Shown: one piece after another, positions 57,946 to 63,757 of the stretch
Layout of the letters: every line of letters starts with the position of its first letter
Numbering within the stretch: the stretch's first letter is position 1
Source: Mollicutes bacterium
Lineage (GTDB): Bacteria > Bacillota_I > Bacilli_A > Izemoplasmatales > Izemoplasmataceae
Reading direction: 5' to 3'
Length of the DNA: 63,757 nt
Assembly (NCBI GenBank): GCA_003557505.1
Contig: PWOH01000029.1
Span: 1 to 63,757, forward strand
Notes under the pieces: generated by a model
The model's database searches: none
What the model was told of the DNA's origin: nothing
What the model saw: only the letters and a program-made list of their open reading frames with translations
Translations under genes and position numbers: made by a program

Positions 57946-58677
57946 ATGATTCAATTTAATAAAATACGAATGGATAATATCCCTCAACATATTGCGGTTA
58001 TTCTTGATGGTAACGGACGCTGGGCGAAAAGACGTGGTCGTTCACGAACATATGGTCACCAACAAGGCGCGCTTAATGTGAAAACAATCGCATTAGCTGC
58101 CCAAGATATTGGGGTGAAAGTGTTGAGTGTTTATGCGTTTTCCACGGAAAACTGGAAACGCCCTCAAAAAGAAATTGACTTTTTGATGAAGTTACCGAAA
58201 TCGTTTCAAGAAGAATCTTCAGAAGAACTGCATGATTACAATGTTCGGATTGTCTTTAGCGGAAGACGAGACCGTATCAATGATGAAAACCTTGAAATCA
58301 TGAAGACACTTGAGACAAAAACCAAGGATAATGACGGATTGATTCTTAATGTTTGTTTTGACTATGGGGGTCAGGACGAACTGACTCATGCGACAAAGAT
58401 GATTGCCAAAGCGGTTCAAGCAGGAGAACTTAAACTTGATGCCATTAACGAACAAACAATCACTGAACATTTATATACAAAAGGATTGCCATCGGTTGAT
58501 TTAATGATTCGAACCAGTGGTGAGAAGCGTTTGTCAAACTACTTGATTTGGCAAAATGCTTACGCGGAGTTTTATTTTACAAAAACACCATGGCCGGCCT
58601 TTAAGGCCAAACAATTACGCAAAGCTATTCTTGATTATCAAAATCGTAGTCGTCGTTTCGGCGGCTTGAAGGGATGA
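57946..58677 (+). CDS. uppS: Undecaprenyl-diphosphate synthase (cis-prenyltransferase)
   Basis: 243 aa. HIAVILDGNGRWA and FSTENWKRP motifs. Confidence 0.96.
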   Translation: MIQFNKIRMDNIPQHIAVILDGNGRWAKRRGRSRTYGHQQGALNVKTIALAAQDIGVKVLSVYAFSTENWKRPQKEIDFLMKLPKSFQEESSEELHDYNVRIVFSGRRDRINDENLEIMKTLETKTKDNDGLILNVCFDYGGQDELTHATKMIAKAVQAGELKLDAINEQTITEHLYTKGLPSVDLMIRTSGEKRLSNYLIWQNAYAEFYFTKTPWPAFKAKQLRKAILDYQNRSRRFGGLKG

Positions 58678-58681
58678 TTTG

Positions 58682-59488
58682 ATGCGAACACGTGTAATCA
58701 CGGGGATATTATTGGCCGCTGTGCTCATCCCTTTATTATTTGTTCCACCGACATTATTCATCACTGTCATGGGAGTGTTGACACTCATTGCCAGTGTAGA
58801 ATTTTATCGCATGGTTAATCAATCAACGAACCCTAAACAATTACTTCCTTATACGGGAATCAATCTTACGCTCTTTTTGATTACTGCCTTGATTTTAACT
58901 GAAAATTTAAACCAAGCGGTTTTTATGCCCTTAGTGTTCATTATTGTTATTCTTTATTTGATGCGTAAAGTGCTGGTTCAACAAAGTGACTCCTCGACAT
59001 TGATGCTGGGGACCTTTTATCTGGGGATTCCTTTTGCGACGTTGAGTTACATTCATGCGCAAGGCATGACGATGTTAATTTATCTATTAATGCTTACCAT
59101 GCTTACCGATATTTTTGCATACTTTGTAGGGGTGAAGTTCGGCAAACACAAACTTGCACCATCCATTTCGCCCAAAAAGACCATTGAGGGTTCGATTGGT
59201 GGAACCGTGGTTGCGGTTGGTATTGCGACGCCTTTTGCGCTTTATTTTGAGATTTTTGATTTAAGTCAAAATGTCGGGACTGTTTTAATTGTCATTGTAT
59301 TTGGTGTGTTTATTTCATTGTTGGCTCAAATGGGGGATTTGATTGCTTCCGCTTTAAAACGTCAGTTTGATATTAAAGATTTCTCTAACATCTTCCCAGG
59401 TCATGGTGGAGTCCTTGATCGTTTTGACTCAACCATGTTTGCCTCTGTTATTTTAACCCTTTTCCTTATGTTACTAGAGGTGATGTGA
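58682..59488 (+). CDS. cdsA: Phosphatidate cytidylyltransferase
   Basis: Polytopic. C-terminal SALKRQFDIKDFSNIFPGHGGVLDRFDS signature. Start is ATG at 58682 or the adjacent TTG at 58679. Confidence 0.94.
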   Translation: MRTRVITGILLAAVLIPLLFVPPTLFITVMGVLTLIASVEFYRMVNQSTNPKQLLPYTGINLTLFLITALILTENLNQAVFMPLVFIIVILYLMRKVLVQQSDSSTLMLGTFYLGIPFATLSYIHAQGMTMLIYLLMLTMLTDIFAYFVGVKFGKHKLAPSISPKKTIEGSIGGTVVAVGIATPFALYFEIFDLSQNVGTVLIVIVFGVFISLLAQMGDLIASALKRQFDIKDFSNIFPGHGGVLDRFDSTMFASVILTLFLMLLEVM

Positions 59489-59489
59489 C

Positions 59490-60629
59490 ATGAAGAAAAT
59501 AACCCTTTTGGGGGCGAGTGGCTCCATTGGCACACAAGCAGTTGAATTAATCGAAGAGTTTGATGAAACCTTTGAACTTGTCGCCATTACGGCTAATAAA
59601 AGTATAGAAACAATCGAAAAGATTTTGCACCATCATGATGTCCAAGTCGTTGTCATGGCTAAGGAATATGAACAACGTATCTATGATGTTGCGCCCAACG
59701 CCACTTTTTATGCGTTAGAAGACGATGGTCTATTAAAAGCGATTGACGCGACAGCGGATGCGACGGTTTTTAATGCACTGGTTGGGAGTGTCGGCTTAGA
59801 AGCGACCCTTCATGCCATTAAAAATAACCAAGATGTTTTATTGGCGAATAAGGAGTCATTGGTAGTCGGTGGTCCACTGATTAAAGAAGCCCTTTTAAAT
59901 TCCAACGCACAATTGATTCCAGTGGATAGCGAACACGCAGCCCTTCGTGAATGCTTAAAAGGTAAAAAGCACTCTGACATTGAAAAACTCGTCATTACTG
60001 CCAGTGGGGGGAGTTTTCGAGATGTCAGTAAGGAAAATTTGAAAAATGTGTCTAAAGAAGAAGCTTTAAAACATCCTAATTGGTCAATGGGAGCCAAAAT
60101 TACCATTGACTCAGCAACGATGATGAACAAAGTGTTCGAAGTCATTGAAGCGCATTACCTCTTTGATGTATCTTATGATAAAATTGAGGCGATCCTCCAC
60201 AAAGAGAGTATCGTTCATGGTATAGTGCATTTTAAGGATGGCAATGTATTGGCGCACATTGGACCCTCTGATATGCGCATTCCAATCCTTTCAGCAATGA
60301 AGGGTGATACGTCCTTGAGATATCATTCGGTCTTTGACCTTGTGACACAGGGGAGTCTGCATTTTGAACCGATTGATCCGCATCGTTTCTCACTCTTTGA
60401 CCTTGGTATCGCTGTGGCTAAAGAAAAAGGCATGCATGTGGTGACACTGAATGCTGCGAACGAAATAGCGGTTCAACGATTTTTAAAGGGGGACATTGGG
60501 TTTGTTGATATCGAAACACTTATCAAAAAATGTCTCGATTATTTTGAAAACCATATCCCACTTACATTGCCAAACATCTTATCGCATGATAAGTTGGTGC
60601 GTCGTTACGCAACTAAGTTGAAAATTTGA
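59490..60629 (+). CDS. dxr: 1-deoxy-D-xylulose-5-phosphate reductoisomerase
   Basis: 379 aa. GASGSIGTQA, LANKESLV, PVDSEH and HPNWSMG motifs. Confidence 0.96.
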   Translation: MKKITLLGASGSIGTQAVELIEEFDETFELVAITANKSIETIEKILHHHDVQVVVMAKEYEQRIYDVAPNATFYALEDDGLLKAIDATADATVFNALVGSVGLEATLHAIKNNQDVLLANKESLVVGGPLIKEALLNSNAQLIPVDSEHAALRECLKGKKHSDIEKLVITASGGSFRDVSKENLKNVSKEEALKHPNWSMGAKITIDSATMMNKVFEVIEAHYLFDVSYDKIEAILHKESIVHGIVHFKDGNVLAHIGPSDMRIPILSAMKGDTSLRYHSVFDLVTQGSLHFEPIDPHRFSLFDLGIAVAKEKGMHVVTLNAANEIAVQRFLKGDIGFVDIETLIKKCLDYFENHIPLTLPNILSHDKLVRRYATKLKI

Positions 60630-60639
60630 AGGTGAAATT

Positions 60640-62187
60640 ATGTTTTTAATCAATATTATTGTTTTTGTATTTGTACTGGGTCTAGTCATTTTACTCCATG
60701 AACTAGGACATTTCATTATGGCTAAACGTGCCGGCATTTTATGTCATGAGTTCTCGATTGGAATGGGCCCGATTCTTTATAGTAAGAAAAAGGGTGAAAC
60801 CCTTTATTCAATTCGTGCGATTCCCATTGGTGGGTTTGTTATGATGGCTGGAGAGGAAGTCAATGATGAGATGATCAAAGTTGGCTCTGAGATCAGAGTG
60901 CTTCGAGAAAATGATGTCATTACCCATATGATTATGGATGTCGCAGATGAACGCTACCAAGATGCGGAAAAAATTAAAGTTGAGTCTGTTGATTTACGTG
61001 GTAAAGAGGACGCACCCTTAACATTAAACGGTGAAACTGTCTCTAAACAGGCTTTTTATGTTTATCGCAAGAAGAAATTACAAGTAGCGCCTTTTGATCG
61101 TAGTTTCGAATCAAAGACACTGTTACAACGTTTCTTGGCCATTTTTGCGGGTCCGTTTATGAACTTTGTGTTGGCCTTTTTCTTATTTGTTATTATTGCA
61201 TTCTTAGTCGGGTTCCCGCAAAGCGATGATTCCGGAAGAATAACCAATGAAATCGGTGCGGTATCACCGGGCACTGCCGCTGATGGTGTCATTGAAGTTG
61301 GTGATTACATTATAGGTGTTGATGATATTGAAGGAATCGATTCATGGCAATCATTTACCGAGGCCATTGAACGACGCCAAGGGGTTCGTGACCTGACCTT
61401 GAGTATCTTGCGGGACAATGAAGAAATTGAAGTCACCCTAACGCCACGAATCGCTATTATTTCTATCGGTATATCCTCTGATCCTGAAGCAGAAGATCCG
61501 AGTGTAGTGAAACTCGGTCCAGTCCAAAACAATACCCCGGCTATCCAAGCTGGCTTTAAAACTGGCGATATTATTACGCAAGTTGATGAGACAACCATCG
61601 ATTCATGGGATGATCTCTTATCGGTCATGAAAGCGAATGTTGATGGTGAAGAAATGACATTTGAAGTTGAACGTGATGGTGAAACGCATACCATTACGAT
61701 TGATCCTTATGCTGAGAATCTTTTAGTCTCACAAGGTGCCTCTATCGTTAATGTGAGAATTGGGGTCTCTCCAGTCTATGAAAGAAGCTTCTTTCAAAGT
61801 TTCCCTGCTGGTTTTCGTGGGGTAGCGAATGCTTCAACTATGATTATCGATACCCTAAGATTCTTATTTAGTGGTGGGGTGAGTGTTGGTGATTTAGCTG
61901 GACCCGTAGGAATTTATTCTCTGACAACCAGCGCCTTCCAACAAGGCTTGGTAACCTTCTTGAACTGGACGGCCCTACTCAGTGTTAACCTTGGTATTTT
62001 AAACTTATTACCGATACCGGCATTAGATGGTGGACGGATTGTATTCTTAGGATATGAAGGTATCACCCGTCGTAAAGTAAACAAAACTGTGGAAAACTAC
62101 TTACATGCAATTATGTTCTTCTTATTAATAGGGTTATTGCTAGTGGTAACGTATAACGACATATTACGTTTATTTAATATAGGATAG
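60640..62187 (+). CDS. rseP: RIP site-2 metalloprotease RseP/RasP (M50)
   Basis: 515 aa. HELGHF zinc motif. PDZ region. C-terminal NLLPIPALDGG motif. Confidence 0.94.
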   Translation: MFLINIIVFVFVLGLVILLHELGHFIMAKRAGILCHEFSIGMGPILYSKKKGETLYSIRAIPIGGFVMMAGEEVNDEMIKVGSEIRVLRENDVITHMIMDVADERYQDAEKIKVESVDLRGKEDAPLTLNGETVSKQAFYVYRKKKLQVAPFDRSFESKTLLQRFLAIFAGPFMNFVLAFFLFVIIAFLVGFPQSDDSGRITNEIGAVSPGTAADGVIEVGDYIIGVDDIEGIDSWQSFTEAIERRQGVRDLTLSILRDNEEIEVTLTPRIAIISIGISSDPEAEDPSVVKLGPVQNNTPAIQAGFKTGDIITQVDETTIDSWDDLLSVMKANVDGEEMTFEVERDGETHTITIDPYAENLLVSQGASIVNVRIGVSPVYERSFFQSFPAGFRGVANASTMIIDTLRFLFSGGVSVGDLAGPVGIYSLTTSAFQQGLVTFLNWTALLSVNLGILNLLPIPALDGGRIVFLGYEGITRRKVNKTVENYLHAIMFFLLIGLLLVVTYNDILRLFNIG

Positions 62188-62197
62188 AGGTGTTTTG

Positions 62198-63433
62198 ATG
62201 AAACAAAGTTTATTATTTGTTCCAACTTTAAAAGACGCACCAAAAGACGCAGAAGTAAAATCGCATAAACTGATGGCACGCGCTGGGTTAATTAAACAGA
62301 CTGCGGCGGGGATTTATACGTATTTGCCATTAGGGCATCGCGTGATGAAGAAAATTGAAACGATTGTTCGTGATGAACACGACAAACGTGAATGTTCAGA
62401 ACTGCTCATGCCTGCGATTCAACCCAGAGACCTTTGGGAAGAATCTGGCAGATGGTCGGAATATGGTCCGGAACTGATGCGACTTAAAGATCGTAAAGAC
62501 CGTGATTTTTGTTTAGGTCCGACACACGAGGAAGTGATTACCCACGCAGTACGCGATTATATTAATTCATATAAGAAATTACCCTTGGCGCTTTATCAAA
62601 TTCAAACCAAATACCGTGATGAACTACGTCCACGGTTTGGCTTGATGCGAGGGCGTGAGTTTGTGATGAAAGATTTATATACATTTCACGAAAGTGATGA
62701 AGACTTAAATACCTGGTATGAAAAAATGAAGGTTGCTTATACGGATATTTTTAGACGTTGTGGGCTTGAGACAAAAATTGTTTCTTCAGATACCGGACAG
62801 ATTGGTGGAAAAGAAGCCGATGAGTTTATGGTGATGAGTGAAGTCGGCGAAGATACGATTTCATATTGTGATCAAGGCTCATATGCGGCCAATAAAGAAT
62901 TCAGTGGACTCTCAGCGGGTGATAAGTGTCCTGAATGTGAGGGAACCATCAAAGAAGCCAAAGGGATTGAAGTTGGAAATATCTTCAAACTTGGTACGAA
63001 ATACTCTGAAAGCATGAATGCGTATTTCACAGATCGCGAAGGCAAACAAAAACCTGTGCTTATGGGATGTTATGGGATTGGGATCTCGCGCACCCTAATG
63101 GCAGCGGTTGAACAACACAGCAGTGATAACGGAATTGTTTGGCCAAGTGAGATCACACCATTCAAAGTTCATATTCTTCCGCTTAAAACCAACGATGAAT
63201 TAACGATGGAAGTTGCTGATTCTATCTATAAGGAACTCTCGAAAACAAACGAAGTTCTAATAGATGACCGCGGTGAACGTCCCGGTGTGAAATTTAAAGA
63301 TGCTGATTTAATTGGTATTCCTTACCGAATAATCATCGGAAAAGATGTTTCTGAAGGAAAAGTTGAGTTTTTAAACCGATATACCGGAGAAAAAAATCTA
63401 GTAAATATCGCTGAAATTAGCGGTTTAATCTAA
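62198..63433 (+). CDS. proS: Prolyl-tRNA synthetase, bacterial type but lacking the INS editing domain
   Basis: 411 aa. N-terminus aligns with the E. coli type (LKDAPKDAEVKSHKLMARAG). Motif 2 RPRFGLMRGREF. GIEVGNIFKLGTKYS. Motif 3 GCYGIGISR. The anticodon-binding domain ends the protein. ATG at 62198 sits 7 nt after AGAGG. Confidence 0.93.
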   Translation: MKQSLLFVPTLKDAPKDAEVKSHKLMARAGLIKQTAAGIYTYLPLGHRVMKKIETIVRDEHDKRECSELLMPAIQPRDLWEESGRWSEYGPELMRLKDRKDRDFCLGPTHEEVITHAVRDYINSYKKLPLALYQIQTKYRDELRPRFGLMRGREFVMKDLYTFHESDEDLNTWYEKMKVAYTDIFRRCGLETKIVSSDTGQIGGKEADEFMVMSEVGEDTISYCDQGSYAANKEFSGLSAGDKCPECEGTIKEAKGIEVGNIFKLGTKYSESMNAYFTDREGKQKPVLMGCYGIGISRTLMAAVEQHSSDNGIVWPSEITPFKVHILPLKTNDELTMEVADSIYKELSKTNEVLIDDRGERPGVKFKDADLIGIPYRIIIGKDVSEGKVEFLNRYTGEKNLVNIAEISGLI

Positions 63434-63453
63434 AATTAATAAAAAAAGTAAAA

Positions 63454-63490
63454 AAAGTGAGCGCTAATGATTGACAAAAGTGCTCACTTT
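63454..63490 (+). terminator. Probable proS terminator whose loop contains the rrn P1 -35
   Basis: AAAGTGAGCGCT...AGTGCTCACTTT hairpin with flanking A/T runs. Confidence 0.5.
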
Positions 63491-63499
63491 TAATATAAT
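63471..63499 (+). promoter_or_regulatory. rRNA operon promoter P1
   Basis: TTGACA (63471-63476), 17-nt spacer, TATAAT (63494-63499). Confidence 0.7.
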
Positions 63500-63591
63500 T
63501 TTATACAGTTGCGCAAAACAAAGAGAAAAAAACACTTCGTTGAAACGCAACACCATAAACAAAAAAGAGTGAAATTACCTCGTGAAATACA

Positions 63592-63620
63592 TTGACATTT
63601 GAAACATAATATTGTAAAAT
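63592..63620 (+). promoter_or_regulatory. rRNA operon promoter P2
   Basis: TTGACA (63592-63597), 17-nt spacer, TAAAAT (63615-63620). Confidence 0.65.
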
Positions 63621-63648
63621 GTTATAGCACTCAAGAAACAAGTTATGG

Positions 63649-63663
63649 TCTTTGAAAACTGAA
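63649..63663 (+). promoter_or_regulatory. rRNA leader boxA-like antitermination element
   Basis: TCTTTGAAAACTGAA. This resembles the TCTTTGAAAACT element found in Firmicute rrn leaders. Confidence 0.5.
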
Positions 63664-63737
63664 TAGAACAGAATTACTTTTGAGTTTAAGAAACATCCAA
63701 ATCAAACAAAAGCTGTCTTAGGACAGTATACATAATT

Positions 63738-63757
63738 TTTTATGGAGAGTTTGATCT
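63738..63757 (+). rRNA. rrs: 16S ribosomal RNA, first ~20 nt (continues beyond the window)
   Basis: TTTTATGGAGAGTTTGATC matches the universal 16S 5' end (AGAGTTTGATC...). Confidence 0.85.

Noticed and set aside
62198-63433. Short proS considered as a pseudogene or truncated fragment
   Set aside because: The frame is intact from a good SD/ATG to a stop. All class II motifs and the anticodon-binding domain are present and collinear. Only the INS module is missing, with a clean junction.

Overview
AT-rich, gene-dense chromosomal core region of a low-GC Gram-positive or Mollicute-related bacterium. Gene order is Bacillus-like and the genetic code is standard: TGA is used as a stop (e.g. 3329-3331, 4501-4503) and Trp is TGG. 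There are about 72 protein genes. All but three (yhhQ-like transporter, Cof-type phosphatase, dut) lie on the + strand. The window ends in the tandem promoters and first ~20 nt of a 16S rRNA gene. Content is overwhelmingly housekeeping: end of the str operon (fusA', tuf); tatD, htrA-like, ychF, cinA; rpsF-ssb-rpsR; gdpP-rplI-dnaB; prfA-prmC; topA; SRP genes ftsY-ylxM-ffh; a TM-less FtsK/SftA-like translocase; lepB-rbgA-rnhB; tsaC; rpiB; a complete F1Fo ATP synthase operon (atpZ-I-B-E-F-H-A-G-D-C); dps; birA; a type II fatty-acid synthesis cluster (acpP-accBCDA-fabHDGFZ); dut; and rpsB-tsf-pyrH-frr-uppS-cdsA-dxr-rseP-proS. I saw no transposase, integrase, prophage, CRISPR array or recognisable defence gene. 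The least ordinary locus is a cobalamin-riboswitch-controlled three-gene operon (about 51.68-54.22 kb). It encodes a coiled-coil lipoprotein that combines a DUF4430-like domain with an alpha/alpha-toroid-like domain (transcobalamin-like parts in reversed order), a second anchored DUF4430-like protein, and an orphan ECF S-component-like membrane protein. This is my best candidate for an uncharacterised surface B12-capture system. Other items worth a second look: (1) gdpP reads in frame, without a stop, into rplI; (2) proS is a bacterial-type ProRS with the INS editing domain deleted; (3) the ATP synthase c subunit carries the full Na+-binding signature; (4) a promoter-to-terminator ~100-nt candidate sRNA with C-rich motifs lies between topA and ftsY; (5) two identical FabT-box-like palindromes precede acpP and accB; (6) a preQ1-I-like element precedes the yhhQ-like transporter; (7) ribosomal protein S2 has a ~140-aa C-terminal extension with 4 x 24-bp tandem repeats and a Rho_N/HeH-like end. 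All calls come from reading the sequence and the ORF translations. No database search was run.
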